From Tubulanus polymorphus (lineage: Eukaryota > Animalia > Nemertea), in the NCBI RefSeq assembly GCF_964204645.1, contig NC_134026.1, forward strand, positions 12,671,950 to 12,735,949: DNA of 64,000 bases, read 5' to 3'. The notes below the pieces were generated by a model. The model was given only the letters and a program-made list of their open reading frames with translations. It searched no databases and was not told where the DNA came from. The position numbers and the translations under genes are program-made. This document shows, piece after piece, positions 1 to 13,600 of the stretch; the stretch's first letter is position 1, and the number at the start of each line of letters is the position of its first letter.

Positions 1-496
1 TGTCCCGTCTTGATTTTAACAATGGAATACTTTACGGACTACTAGCAAAAACATTAGCGCCTCTTCAGCGAGTACAAAATATGGCAGCCAGATTAGTGTG
101 TCGTAAAAGGAAGTTTGATAGAATAAAACCTATTCTCATAGAACTCCATTGGCTGCCTGTCCAGGCTAGAATCGAGTTTAAGATCTTGTCAACCGTAAAC
201 CGTTGTATCCATGGATCTGCTCCAGTTTACTTGTCAAATCTGCTACGTAGGGTAGAGGGGCGCACTCGTTCTTCTACCAGCTTTGCTTTACACGTTCCTC
301 GTTCTAAATCCAAATATGGCGACCGTGCCTTTTCTAGCTGTGCAACCTACCTTTGGAATAGACTACCCATTTCCATTCGTTCCACAGTTGACGAAGGATC
401 TTTTCGCAACGCTCTAAAGACATACCTGTTTTTGCAGTATTTCCAGGAGATAGCGCTTTGAGCATGGGATACTGCGGAAAAGCGCTTTAAAAGAAC

Positions 497-540
<44 letters not shown>
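1..540 (+). mobile_element. 3' end of a non-LTR retrotransposon (CR1/L2/Crack-like LINE): ORF2 C-terminus and (TAT)n tail
   Basis: ORF 81-461 contains LHWLPVQARIEFKIL and GDRAFS..A..LWN.LP, typical L2/CR1-group ORF2 C-terminal motifs. A (TAT)n tail follows at about 501-540. Confidence 0.85.
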
Positions 541-543
<3 letters not shown>

Positions 544-851
544 CATCACAAATTGTAATGAGAAATGGCAAACCAGTAGGAAGCTACAGGATTTTTGGGC
601 ACTAAAAAGGTCATAGGACAGCCATCTTGAATCCGATCGACCCAATTTTTGTTATGTTGATCTTGATTCTGACAGGGCCAGTTTTTGGGCTGAAGATGTG
701 TCTAGGGTAGATACATGTGTAACCCAAATATCAAGACGTTACCTTGAAGCGTCTTCAAAACTTCCCAAAATAACTGGATTCCGTCTACGGACGGACGACC
801 GACGAAAAGTGAACGCAATAGCCCGCTGGGACTAAAGTCCCAAGTGGGCTA
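541..851 (-). mobile_element. Partial, internally deleted copy of the HINE-like family
   Basis: Near-identical to parts of 5688-6340 and ends with the same gggactaaagtcccaagtgggcta terminus. Confidence 0.85.
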
Positions 852-1181
852 AAAATGTGTAAACATATAATTTCAATATTCAAATGTTTTAGAAAATATG
901 TTCGATATAAGGGGTATGCGGGTTTCATGAGATTAGCAATTTATAATAACATAGCTGTCATATACGGCTCCGTGTCCTCTGATAGCATGTGTATTAGCTG
1001 ACAATTCAAATCAATTCTTAATTGAACCTTATTACATATAAAATTCCCAAATTCAATAAAGTTACAAATTTTAAAATAAGAAAATACAACATAAAAGACA
1101 CATGCGTAATTCATACAGAATAACATAAACAAGTTATCTTAAATGACAATAATGTCTACTTCAACCCAGACTCAAGAGGAT

Positions 1182-1645
1182 AATTCAATTCAATTCAATT
1201 CAAGTACTTCATTGACACTAATAAATTTTACAATAAAACATTTTAGTGACACGTCAACAAAGTTAAACAAGACAAAGAAATGGTTAAAATGATGACAAAT
1301 TATAAAACATATTAAACATGTGAAAAGATATACCGGATAAAACATGAAAAAGTTGACCGGATGTGTTCAAAGATGGCAGCACAGTAGATTGACCCCAGTA
1401 GATTTATTTAAATCCCTGACGCCATCCTGATATCGGCAATGGAACTAATTGAATTACTGACTAAAATACAAATTTCATGGTCATTGTTGCTCATGCTCAT
1501 TAAAAATATAAATAGTTCATGGTCAGATATTAGGTCAATATCCACGAATTCGCCGCGAAGCATTTCGAATAGGGTATTTCTTACACGAGTATAAAGTGGA
1601 CAGAACAACAGAAAGTGTTTTTCATCCTCGACCATATTCAAATTT
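1182..1645 (-). mobile_element. 5'-truncated LINE fragment (ORF2 C-terminal Cys/His motif) with (TTGAA)n tail
   Basis: ORF 1408-1641 has VEDEKHFLLFCPLY, a motif found at LINE ORF2 C-termini. A (aattc)n run lies at about 1182-1203. Confidence 0.7.
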
Positions 1646-3824
1646 CAATATTTGCAAAAGCATTATATCAAGTGATAGCCAAACTGGGGACTGGCCGGGC
1701 CGGGCTGGCTAGGCCACACAATATGCTCCAAAGTCATGATGAAGCAGACATCAGGGCTCTTTCCTCAACCATGGAGGCAATGAAGTTGCAGACCAGCTTA
1801 GATGCAAAAGTGAATGAAGTCGGTCGCAAGTTATCAATTATCGACAATTTTCAATGAACAAGAGGTCCATGGACCTTGAGACTTCGTCGAGATAATCGAA
1901 GTTCCAGTTTGGGAAAAAGACAGGTCCTGCCTCGCCCGGCAGGCTGGATCAATGTTTCTTAAATATATCAATTACACTTACATGTATAACAAATATATAT
2001 GTCACCACTTGTGCTGAAATGTAATTTAGAATTCAATAATGTCTTAATTTTAAAATATGCTTGTTTTCTGGGGATATTTTCTGACAGTTCCACATGAGCT
2101 AAAACTTTTCGCTGGTAATTCCTTTTGAGGTTTATGTTTGATGCTCTATCCAACCACTCCAGTTTCAAACTGCATATCAGTGAAGCAGATGAATAACAGA
2201 CACAGCAAAAACTTCACAGAGAAGACGAAAAATGGTTGTCCAACTTATTCAAACTTTATTGAAAGCATTTTCAAAAATATTGCAATATTAAATCTCTCAA
2301 TGAAAAATTTCATAAAGTCCTGATTATAACACATAATTTGTCATTACAAACACAGTTAATAATGTAACGATATAACAAATTTCAGCAATAATACTTAAAG
2401 ACCTGTTTAAAAGTTTTAAAAAATCACCAAGACTGTCATTGCTATTAGGACTTAAAGGTTATCACTAGCAAAGTATGAATAAGCTTGGACATTTAACTAA
2501 CTTGTACAACAAATTCTATGGTCCCAAAATAAACATTGAACCATGCTCTTTATTTTCTAGATTTGAAGTGAAGATATGTGGCTGAATAAAACATGTGATT
2601 AGATCAAAATCGACCTGATTCTCGATATTTTTGAAAATGCAAAACAGTTTGATTGCAAACAAGTTGTTGACGAGCAGTGAGTCCATTGAGCCTTGAATTG
2701 TATTAACTTCAACTTTTGTTTAAATGTGCAGTCTGAGCGAAATTCAATGTCCGATCTATCACTACTGCACGTGCTGGTACCACTAGATTGTTTCATATAA
2801 GAATTGTCTTAATCCAGTGGCGTATCGATTTTGAAGCTATTCCGGTGTTTGCTGTAGTATAGACAAATAGAAACCGAATAGGGATTGTACGTATCATTCA
2901 ACATCCATTTTACAAATCTGAAACAATAGAAATGTACCAATTTAGTTTCTGCCTAATCAAAACAGAAATAAAAAGTATTCAATACACTGTCAGGGCTTGT
3001 CAAGTTAGGATATCTATTAGGCCAGCCATGGAAAACCCTACGATCTTGTTACCGTTGGCATTGGTTGCGGAAAAACGACTGTCACAATAACTTGCCCTCC
3101 GTCCCATATTGAAATGACAGAAATACTGAAAAAAAATTGCCCATGGGCAAAGTGTGGTTTACCTTGAAAGCTGGAATAAGGGCATTGCTTGAAAAATCTT
3201 TTTAATTCATGATTTCAAAGTTCCACAAGTTTATATTGTATTTTATTTTTCTTAAAGAATTATTTTGTAGTCAAACAAGACCAAAGATATACATTTGGTT
3301 ACGGTCCACGTCCAAAATTCTGTAGTGTACAGGTAGGCGTGGCAGGGAAACTATTTAATATTTTAAAAAAAAATATGTTTCACAATACGAAAAAATATTC
3401 AAATAAGGCCATCCCAAAATAATTGTCTGTTTGCCGTAACACCAACTCAACTTTTCAGGATGAGTCAGTAGGTAAGTAGAATTGCTAAATTTTTGGGCAA
3501 AAAAAAAAAAAATTTATCACCTTTTTTACATGGAAACAATACCGCAGAAATCATCTAAGTTGTGCACGGGAAATTTGTCTAAAAGCGTAGATTTCGAGAA
3601 TTATTCAAAAATTATAACTTCATCCAGCGCGTCATTTCTTGTGTTAAAAATGAAACAGTAATGTGTGTGCTTTTACGTTACCAGCTTTAATATAGTCACT
3701 ATGAGAATGAATGGCAGATTGTTGGAACACTGCCAGTTTCCTGGAAAACTTCAATTAGGCCACATGTCAAGGCATGTTTTCACACTTGAATTCAAACATA
3801 TGTAGCTCATACGTCGGCAGTGGT

Positions 3825-4040
3825 AATTTTCGTTTTATAGCGCTATTTTTCGTTTTAATGCGGCAATAAAACGAAAAAGTTCGTTTTATCGGCGATAAAA
3901 CGACTTTTTCTCGTTTTATCGCGCAATAAAACAACTTTTTCTCGTTTTATTGCCAATAAAATGACTTTTTCTTGTTTTAACGCGGTAATTTCTCATTTTA
4001 ACATGGTAATTTTCGTTTTATTGCATGAAAAACGACTTTT
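3825..4040. repeat. Degenerate minisatellite built on cgttttat/ataaaacg units
   Basis: Repeated tttcgttttat...aataaaacga units of about 20-30 bp, with internal inverted symmetry. Confidence 0.6.
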
Positions 4041-4904
4041 AGCCGTCTTTAAAAAAAATGTGCACCATTTGTGATTTTTTTTACATGGCCCGAATCAGCC
4101 ACCATAGCTATTAGATCGTTTTAAATCCTGGAATTTACGACTGCAATATTCAGACCTCGACCTATACTTGTAGTTTGCTGCTTAATATTTTCAGATCACA
4201 AGAAATTACAATTTATTACAAATTCTATCAAACAGAAAACACAGCGCTCATCCTCAGCCTATTTTCATGTCAAACATGCACGCGCTAAAATAAAATAGTT
4301 GTGTACTGTACGAGCTTGTGTGTCGTGTAGCACTCCGCGCGCAAGTGGAGGCCTCGTGTAAGAGAATGTTCGCTTACACTTCAATGTCAATCAAAACAAT
4401 CACCGGGTATTAAAATGAAACAATAACTATAGCGGATGTGTGAACTGATTACATCCTCACCAGCAATGAGAATTTGAAATTCGCACATGAACGGCACCTA
4501 GTCCAATGAAACGTACGCCATTCTATGGCTTTCCCATAATTATTTCAGTAGCGCCGGAATTCCCCGTATATCCCAAAAACAGCCAATCCCACTCGCTCGT
4601 AGAGACGACGCCCCCCAACCAAGGTCATTGCGAGACCAAGAGCTAAGAATTTTCCCGCCAAAAATTTTTTCGTAGAATTTTAACTCAGTTGACCATGTCA
4701 TCGACGGAGGATCGCCATGTCTTCAATCGCATCGATTATACGTCGTTTAATACGAGAACCAATGAAACGAATGCTCACATAAAAACGTAACGCAATTTTA
4801 CATGAATTGGCTCAATGCCAACATCATATTGCTGACAAAGGTAAACCAAAAAACCCACCTAAGCAGAATCCAGAAGCAGAGATTGAGGACAATGAATCTG
4901 AAAA

Positions 4905-6340
4905 ACTAGGGGTCCAGGGACACCATGCCCACTTGGGAAGTGGTTTCAAATGCTCAACAATCTAACAATTTCAATATTCAACGCCCCCTGGTGACCATTC
5001 ACAAAAACCAATGACCTTAAAACTCACCACAATCATAGAACATGTCAGCTGCTACGGTTTTGTAATTGATTGTGATAACAAAATATGCCGCGTTACCAAT
5101 TTAATATGGAAATACTAAGTCATTCTACTATTCAACGCCCCCTGGTGACCATATTCAAAACCCAATGACCTCGAAACTCACCACAATCATAGAACATGTC
5201 ATGAACTACAACTTTGCAATTGATCATGGTAACAAAATATGCCTAGGTACCAATATAATAACGAAATACTAAGTTATTCTACTATTCAACGCCCCCTGGT
5301 GACCATATAGAAAAACTTATGTCCTTAAAACTCGCAACAATCATAGATGATGTCATGAGCTACAACTTTCCAATTGATTGTGGTTACAAAATATTCATAG
5401 GTACGAATATAATAAAGAAATGCTAAGATATTGTATTATTCAACGCCCCTTGGTGGCCATATACGAATTCCAATTACCTATAAACTCACCACAATCATAG
5501 AACACGTTATGAGCTACAACTTTCTAATTGATTGTGGTAGCAAAATACGCTTAGGTATCAATATAATGTGGAAAAACTTTCCCACTTACGAATGAGTACT
5601 GGTGACACCAAGATGGCCGCCAATTGCGTCATAATTGGCCGATGAAAAATACCTGTCTCAGGTATAAAATATCCCTTTCCAAAGAACACCCATCACAAAT
5701 TGTAATGAGAAATGGCAAACCAGTAGGAAGCTACAGGACTCAGAATTCGGGCCAAAATTAACATTTTTGGGCACTTAAAAGGTCATAGGACGGCCATCTT
5801 GAGTCCGACCGACCCAATTTTTGTTATGTTGATGAGCCCTGGGGGGATTCACATATATCCGAAAGATCAAGGTAATTGATCAAAGCGTCTTCAAAATTTC
5901 CCTCAAAAAGTTCAAAAATGTGTAAAAAGTGCTGATTTTGGCAAAAACAATGGCTGCCAGTCGGCCATCTTGATTCTGACAGGGCCAGTTTTTGGGCTGA
6001 AGATGTGTCTAGGGTAGATACATGTGTAACCCAAATATCAAGACGTTACCTTGATGCATCTTCGAAACTTCCCAAAATAACTGGATTCCGTCTACGGACT
6101 GGTGAACAACAATGGCTGCCAGTCGGCCATCTTGATTCTGACAGGGCCAGTTTTTGGTCTGAAGATGTGTCTAGGGTAGATACATGTGTAACCCAAATAT
6201 CAAGACGTTACCTTGAAGCATCTTCAAAACTTCCCAAAATAACTGGATTCTGTCTACGGACGGACGGACAAACGGACGAACGGACGACGGACGAAAAGTG
6301 AACGCAATAGCCTGCTGGGACTAAAGTCCCAAGTGGGCTA
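4905..6340 (-). mobile_element. Full-length non-autonomous Helentron-associated element (HINE/DINE-1/pearl-like), copy A
   Basis: Subterminal inverted repeats gcccacttggga (4927-4938) and tcccaagtgggc (6327-6338), terminal hairpin tgggact-aa-agtccca, (GGAC)n microsatellite, four 154-bp tandem repeats, A/T-run flanks without a clear TSD. Contains an internal duplication of about 160 bp near 5947-6260. Confidence 0.85.
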
Positions 6341-7205
6341 AAAATGGAAATATTTCACACTTTATGGTTACGTAAGCCCATACACGGCTGAGAGCAGATC
6401 GTCTCCCAGGCGAAATAAATTAAGTTGAAATTTTAATTTGATGATTAATAATTATTAGAAGGGCACACAAATGCGGTTGAAAATAAATCACATGCAGCTA
6501 AAAATTACGCGAACTTTGATACTTTGTCACTAGAAATCGACAGAAAACACCACCGTAGTCAGGTTGTTTAATTTAGTTTTCGGCGTGAGAATTTTGCGTG
6601 CTTAAGACACTGACAGAATAGATCAAAGTCAGAATTCCATCAACATTGGAGCCAGCATTGCCATAATTAACTGGATCCTCACACTACATTAGATAATTGT
6701 ACCATGCTCAGCAAAAAACATGAACTTCACTTACCCAAGACGTCAAAATGGCGTGTATCCCTTGTGCAATTTCTCGTTCAGCTAAACTGGTGGTTTGGGG
6801 AATACCCCAGCTGCTAAGGGTATTCCCTCAATAACCAATCAGAGCGCAGCTTTCTCACAATGGCGTCACAAGCGCGATCACGCAGGCCAACCTACCCGGT
6901 GAAGAGCAGTGATTAGCTGAAAGAGCCCACGTGATCTCCGCAGATTGAGGTATTTATTTTCCGGATGGAACATATATTCACGAAAAAAAACCGAACTTTG
7001 ACTGCTAATTAATGCGTAACTGGAACGTTTCACAGTTTCATCTTCTCAACGTTTTATCTTTGTTTGGTAATGTTTTGAATGGCACTAATCGCATAACAAA
7101 AGTGTACGGTACAAAAGACGAGTTTACATGCACGGCATTTTGTGAGAAAGTTATTACTGGAAAGGTCCCCAGACCCATTATGAAGATTTCGAGTCGACAA
7201 AGTCA

Positions 7206-9053
7206 ACTAGGGGTCCAGGGACACCATGCCCACTTGGGAAGTGGTTCCAAATGCTCAACAATCTAACAATTTCAATATTCAACGCCCCCTGGTGACCATA
7301 TACAGAATCCAATGACCTTGAAACTCACCGCAATCATAGAACATGTCAGCAGCTACGATTTTGTAATTGATTGTGATAAAAAAATATGCCTCGTTACCAC
7401 TTTAATATGGAAATACTAAGTTATTCTACTATTCAGCGCCCCCTGGTGACCATATTCAAAACCCAATGACCTTGAAATTCACCACAATCATAGAACATGT
7501 CACGAACTATAACTTTGTAATTGATCATGGTAACAAAATATGCCTAGGTACCAATATAATAAGGAAATACTAAGTTATTCTACTATTCAACGCCCCCTGG
7601 TGACCATATAGAATAACTAATGGCCTTAAAACTTGCCACAATCATAGATGATGTCATGAGCTACAACTTTGCAATTGATTGTGGTTACAAAATATGCATT
7701 GATATGAATATAATATAGAAATACTAAGATATTGCATTATTCAACGCCCCCTGGTGGCCATATACAAAAACCAATGACCTTGAAACTCACCACAATCATA
7801 GAACACGTTATGAGCTACAACTTTCAAAATGATTGTGGTAACAAAATACGCTTAGGTATCAATATAATGTGGAAAAACTTTTTCCCACTTACGAATGAGT
7901 ACTGCTGACACCAAGATGGCCGCCAATTGCGTCATAATTGGCTGATGAAAAATACCTGTCTCAGGTATAAAACATCCCTTTCCAAAGAATACCCATCACA
8001 AATTGCAATGAGAAATGATAAACCAGTAGGAAGCTACAGGACTCAGAATTTGGGCCAAAACTAACATTTTTGGGCACTAAAAAGGTCATAGGACGGCCAT
8101 CTTGTGTCCGATCGACCCAATTTTTGTTATGCTGATGGGCCCTGGGGGATTCACATATATCCGAAAGATCAAGGTAATTGATCAAAGAGTCTTCAAAATT
8201 TCGCTCAAAAAGTTCAAAAATGTGTAAAAAGTGCTGATTTTGGCGAACAACAATGGCTGCCAGTCGGCCATCTTGAATCTGACAGGGCCAGTTTTTGGGC
8301 TGAAGATGTGTCTAGGGTAGATACCGTAAAAACCGGCGTATAAGTCTACGCGGCGTATAATTCGAGGTCGATTTTTAGACCTACATTTCATGATTTTAAC
8401 ATATATCCGGCTTATAAGTCGAGTCCCTTCTCTTAGAAGAATAATTACTAGTATCATTGTATTGAATAGTTTGTTTTGATAAGGATGTGTGCCTTCACGC
8501 ACGCCGCCACGCGTCAGCCCGATTGCTGCTGTGTGTTAATCAACAGACTGTTACACACACTCAGGTATAGTACACTACCATATAGTGATACAGTAGTGTG
8601 AGTCACACGCTATATATAGCCTAATGTATTAAGCGCTGCTATGAGCGCGCATATATGAATACATCGTTTTAAATGAAGCTGTGTCAAAATGAAAGAAGTT
8701 TTTTTCATTAAATAACTTTATTTATCATAAATAATTATTCAAACTGTTATAGCAGTAAGAAGATGAACACTGTCTTTTTTGTCTGGTAGAATCAATATTT
8801 CTTGTGACCTGAAAATACTTCGTAGAAAACTGTACTCGGCGTATAAGTCGAGGTCAATAATTTAGTGGTAAAATCAAGGGTTAAAAACTCGACTTATACG
8901 CCGGTTTTTACGGTACATGTGTAACCCAAATATCAAGATATTACCTTGAAGCGTCTTCAAAACTTCCCAAAATAACTGGATTCCGTCTACGGACGGACGA
9001 CCGACGAAAAGTGAACGCAATAGCCCGCTGGGACTAAAGTCCCAAGTGGGCTA
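7206..9053 (-). mobile_element. HINE-like element, copy B, interrupted by a pogo-like MITE
   Basis: Same termini and 154-bp repeats as copy A (motifs at 7282, 7436, 7590, 7744). Confidence 0.85.
8324..8913. mobile_element. Tc1/mariner-pogo-like MITE
   Basis: TIRs ccgtaaaaaccggcgtataagtc and gacttatacgccggtttttacgg, TA TSD at 8322-8323 and 8914-8915. The empty site gtagaTAcatgt is seen in the other HINE copies. Confidence 0.9.
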
Positions 9054-9205
9054 AAAATCAGTAACTTTAAGCCTAAAAAGCTTACTTTCTTTTGATCAAA
9101 ATGTTAATAGTTTGGGCCTGAATTAGAGCCGCTTTTCCAATGAGATGCCATAGGCCCTATTGGTTTCTCTGACTCCACAGTTGTGCTAACTACCGCAGGA
9201 ATTAA

Positions 9206-11043
9206 CCCTTTCAATACCACAGTGTCTCCCCTGCTGTACCAGAGGGAATTTAGGGGTTTATAGGGGTATATTTGAGGCTTCATGGAATAGTTACCAAGGT
9301 ATCTGACACAGAAAAATTATATAGCATGTTGTTGATAACTTTTGTGCCAACAAAGTAGACATAAATAATGTGGGTCAAGGTCACATTCTCCAAGATGGCC
9401 ACCATGAAAACTTCACGAAAAAGTTTCAGATAAACTGCTGACTCCCAGCAAAATGCACTGATCTATTCAATTCCAACTGAAATTGTATGCCATATATCCT
9501 TACTTTATGTAGTAAAAATTTCAATAGCACAACTAAAAGATTTATTTTTCCACTAATTTACCAACTTTTCCACCAATATGTCGGAAGGCCGGATGTAAGG
9601 GGTTTCATTGGGGTATAATTTCAGGCCTCAGAAAATTGTAACCTATGTATTTGACACTGATATATTGTATACCAGGGTGTAGTCAGTAACCTGTCTGTGG
9701 TTTAGTTTCAAGATCGGATATTTTCACAAACCACAGTCAGGAATGGGAAGGTCATTTTTGTATGCAATCTTCGTCAGCCAATTTGACTGACGAGTAATTT
9801 GCCTGGCATTTCATTGTCTCCTAAGATATCCATCTAATTTTTGTTGTAATCGACGCACAACAGTTTCTTATTTTTTCTGATACCTATAACACCTCACCTG
9901 ACGATCTTAATCCATGTGCAAATCGGCCGTAAAGTGAGAGTAAATTTCCGTTGAGTCAACAGCTGCCATTTTGAAAATTACTGGAGGTGCTGGCACCTGT
10001 GGACTGAGGCCAGGACAACAGCACAAACTAATAAAGCGAAACGACGAAATTGAAAAAAATTAAGAAATCAACACTTATTTACATTTTTCTTTTACCAGAA
10101 TTTATTATTTCATTATTTATTTTGGAAAACACGAAGTTTTGAAATATAAGTTGGAAAACCATCAAAAATAAAAATTGTCGTTTCGTCTTGGAAGTTTTAT
10201 ATAAATCCTTGTAGGTCCCCTTGTCTTATCATGCCACATGTGCAATACAGAGAAATGGCGGCCAATGGCGAAATTTGTGGAGAAATTAATTAATTTCTCA
10301 AAATAATGTTGATTAATCACTCGAAACATACATAAAATTGGATTATTTCGAAGTATGTGTGTTAGTTTGTGAATTAAGCCATTAATCGTGGACTGAAGTG
10401 AATAGAAAGTATATTTTTGAAGTGTTACTTTTTTCAACCGTGTTTTGGTCCTTGTCATCCCTAACGTTGGTATAAGCCCATCCGATTATAAAAAGCTTGC
10501 CACCAACGATTAGGTAACTAACTAACCAGGGTGTTGATAACCTTTGGGCTTACAAATAAGACAAATAATTTGGATATATGTGACCTTGAGGATGGACAGT
10601 TTCTGGTTCTTCATTATTGTTATTGGTGTCCGTTGCCATGACAACCGTATCAACAGGGTCTAAAAAAATTGATTTCATTTTTCACTGATTTCATTTTCAT
10701 CAGCAAAATCATTGCCGGCACTATAAACCTATTTTCTGACTAAGTCTCATCATCTGAACTGCTGCTGTCATATTCGTTGTCACTCTCAATTTGTTCACTA
10801 CCAAATTCCAAGTGACCCGCATCACTGTCAGCATCATATACGAGCTGCTGAACCGTTTCATCCAGCCAAATTGTTTTTTCCTGGCCCTTGCCATCTTGGA
10901 TTTTATGCAGATGGCAGCACCAGCTGATACTGATAGATATGCCCTTCTAGAAGAAGGGTTAAGTGATACTGTATCACATACAGTACGGGTATGCTAGCTT
11001 GTCAATTTGTACCGTATGCCATATGGTAGTGGTATTGTAAGGG
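9206..11043. mobile_element. Non-autonomous piggyBac-like element
   Basis: TTAA TSD at 9202-9205 and 11044-11047; TIRs ccctttcaataccac and gtggtattgtaaggg (14/15 match). Confidence 0.8.
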
Positions 11044-11540
11044 TTAAGAAAATGGAATTAAAGGTCAGAAATCCGTGTATGGTCAGAAGGTTTTCATCCA
11101 TGATAAGCCCAAAGATCAAAACAATCCATTGAAGCGTCTTCAAAACTTCCCAAAATGACTGGATTCCCTATAAGGACAAACAGACGCCAGGTGAACGCAA
11201 AAGCCTGCTGGGAGGAAAGTCCCAAGTGGACTAAAAATGGGAGAATGTCCAGAACATACCTTCACAACCATCTAATGTTAAGTTACTGAGAATGATGTGA
11301 CAAAAATCTGACATATTTTTACAAGTCGCCCTCTGGTGGCTCCACCGGTTGTCTGATAAAAAATTGCTCAATAGAAAGCAATGGGGTAGGTAGCAAGGAG
11401 AACAAGTGGACCATGTTACATGAAAACATCCCTTAAGGTTATGGAGGAAGATGTGACACAAATAAAAGTTGACGCCGGACAGCTCATCCCCTCAGGGTTT
11501 TCTGCAAAGTAGCTGAAAACTAATTCCAAAGAACACTTAC

Positions 11541-11672
11541 ATGTCGACATGAACTGGAATGTAGCAAGCGCTAGCTGAGGTGACATCTGCTCCCATTTCT
11601 CACATCCAGGTGCATTAAATTCGGTGAAGTCCTGCTTTTTTGTTGTGCGAGGTTTTTTGTTTAAATTATCAG
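11541..11672 (-). CDS. CNNM: CNNM exon 3 (linker before the cyclic-nucleotide-binding-homology domain)
   Basis: tttgtttcAG acceptor, GTAAGT donor, 132 nt, phase 1/1. Encodes TDNLNKKPRTTKKQDFTEF...MSPQLALATFQFMST, matching the CNNM pattern TDN...QDF..F...SPQL.LA...F. Confidence 0.88.
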
Positions 11673-12489
11673 CTGAAACAAATTGTAAGATCTTTGTTTT
11701 TGAATTTTTAAACGTCGGCATATGGTCTGCATTTGCTAAATTAGCAAAATAAAATCAATACATGCAAAGTAAAGGGGAACCAGTCTACATTGTTTCACGA
11801 TTCCGTGATCTTAGTGTAGAATTAGCGCTGGTCTCACAATAAAAATGGCTGCCGACACGTAAATTGGCCAGTGATCGGACAGCCTCAGATTGCAACTGAT
11901 TGAGCCTGCTTGCATGAAATATTCTAAAAATTTTCTGGGGTGGGAACCCCTTTCTATTCCTAGAAACAAACTTCCCCAAAAACGTCTGTGGAGGTATCGC
12001 AACAGCTCTGTGTCAGACCAATACGGACTGGAACTTATGCCATTCCACTAGACAGTTTATAAACCCATAAAGAATATAATAAAATTGACACACCGATGAG
12101 ATCTGGTTTCACATATATTTTAAGCATAAGAAAATATAAGATTTTTTTATCTTTCTAGTATCCGTTTTTTGTTAGGGCAGGTAGCGGAAATAAAAAAAAA
12201 TAATTCTTTTTTTTTTATTCTAGAAAACCGAGCATTCTCGACGGCGGATCAGAAATCCAAGAAATTTTTTTTTAAAGCGCCTTAACGATAACATTAATTA
12301 CAACAAAATAAGAACATTATCAAGTTTCTAAATGAGTTGTTTGTATTTTTTTCGTCATTTGTCCTTTTTATCAAAATAAATTTCATATACATTTGCAATT
12401 GCCTTGGGGTGTTCTAGGAACCGTCAACCAAGATAGCTCCAAGTATTTATCTTCACAGTATCAAACTAATTTAAAGGTTTACTGCAATT

Positions 12490-12760
12490 TAAAGGAAGGG
12501 ATGATATGTGGCCTTATGGTTTGTCATGCTGGTTTTTCTAATGGTTTGTACCAAATGCAGAACTAATTTTTAAGAGGATCAAAGATGGGACATTACCACG
12601 TTGAAATGAATGCTGAAAACTTCAAAAAATAGTTCACTGAAAAACTTCTACCAAACATTCCAAACATTCCGCCCAATTTGATTATTGTTATTGACAATGC
12701 CAAGTACCACAGTGGTGTTTTGGATAAAGCACAAATGAAATGCACCAATAAAGCGCCAAC
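12490..12760 (+). pseudogene. Decayed Tc1/IS630-type (DDE_3) transposase fragment
   Basis: Translates, with a stop and frameshifts, to GFVPNAELIFK...YHVEMNAENFKK*FTEKLLPNI...IIVIDNAKYHS. Confidence 0.7.
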
Positions 12761-13399
12761 GAATCAGACCCTTCAGAATCAAGTTATTTAGAATCTAAAG
12801 TATCAAATGGAGATGACAATAGTGAAAGAGACACATGTAGCAAAATGAGGAGAGCCTAGCGACATCACTAAGTGAATCAGAAGTATCAAAAAAATTATAT
12901 TGTATGGATTATCCTAATTTTTAGGCATGGGTGGAACAAGCACACGGTGATGTTTCCTATTACTACAATACAAATGTGTCACAATTGGTTTATTTAAGTG
13001 GCAGTATATAGTGATCCTCCTTCCTGGCTCTTTTGGGAATGAACAGACTTTATAGCTGCGTTTTAGCAATACCTAACTTAAGAAAATTGTAATGATACTT
13101 TGGATTTTATGAAACAAGAAGGCCACCTTTCCACCATGGTATGAAGCCACAAATCAAATGAAACATTATATTTTGAGGCTGGAATAATACCATGAAGCAG
13201 ACATCGTGCACGCAGACATCTAACCCAGGTAGATAAGAGCTTTTATTTTTTGACGAAAATGGCAAAGGAAACATTTCTATAATCTAAAATTCTGATTTCA
13301 CTCGCAAATATGGATGTGGTAGCCATTTTGGACGACCAAAATATACTTGAGCCAATTTGTAATGCCCACTCTATCGCTAACAAAGGTAAACCAAACAAG

Positions 13400-13600
13400 A
13401 GCCCTCACGGGTACTACGGCCAGCCCTCAGAATTCAGGCCAAAATTGACATTTTCGGGCACAAGAGGTCACAGGATGGCCATCTTGAGTCAGATCGATCC
13501 TATTTTCTTACGTTAATGGGCCCTTGGGGGATGTACGATTATAGGAAAGATCAAGGTAATTGAACAAAGTGTCTTAACAATTTCCATTGAAAATGTTCAA
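13400..13600 (-). repeat. Diverged HINE-family fragment
   Basis: ctcagaattcaggccaaaattgacatt...aaagatcaaggtaattga resembles 5740-5915. Confidence 0.6.

Noticed and set aside
4981-5560. 154-bp periodic repeats as a CRISPR-like array
   Set aside because: The whole unit is repeated with no unique spacers, the context is eukaryotic, and there are no cas genes.
6005-6301. 98-aa ORF with an internal repeat (and similar ORFs at 7961, 8182, 19324, 24185, 24420, 24586)
   Set aside because: Chance ORFs in non-coding HINE copies; frames are not conserved between copies.
11416-11540. 3' half of the 101-aa ORF 11416-11721
   Set aside because: Intron and repeat sequence beyond the exon 3 donor.
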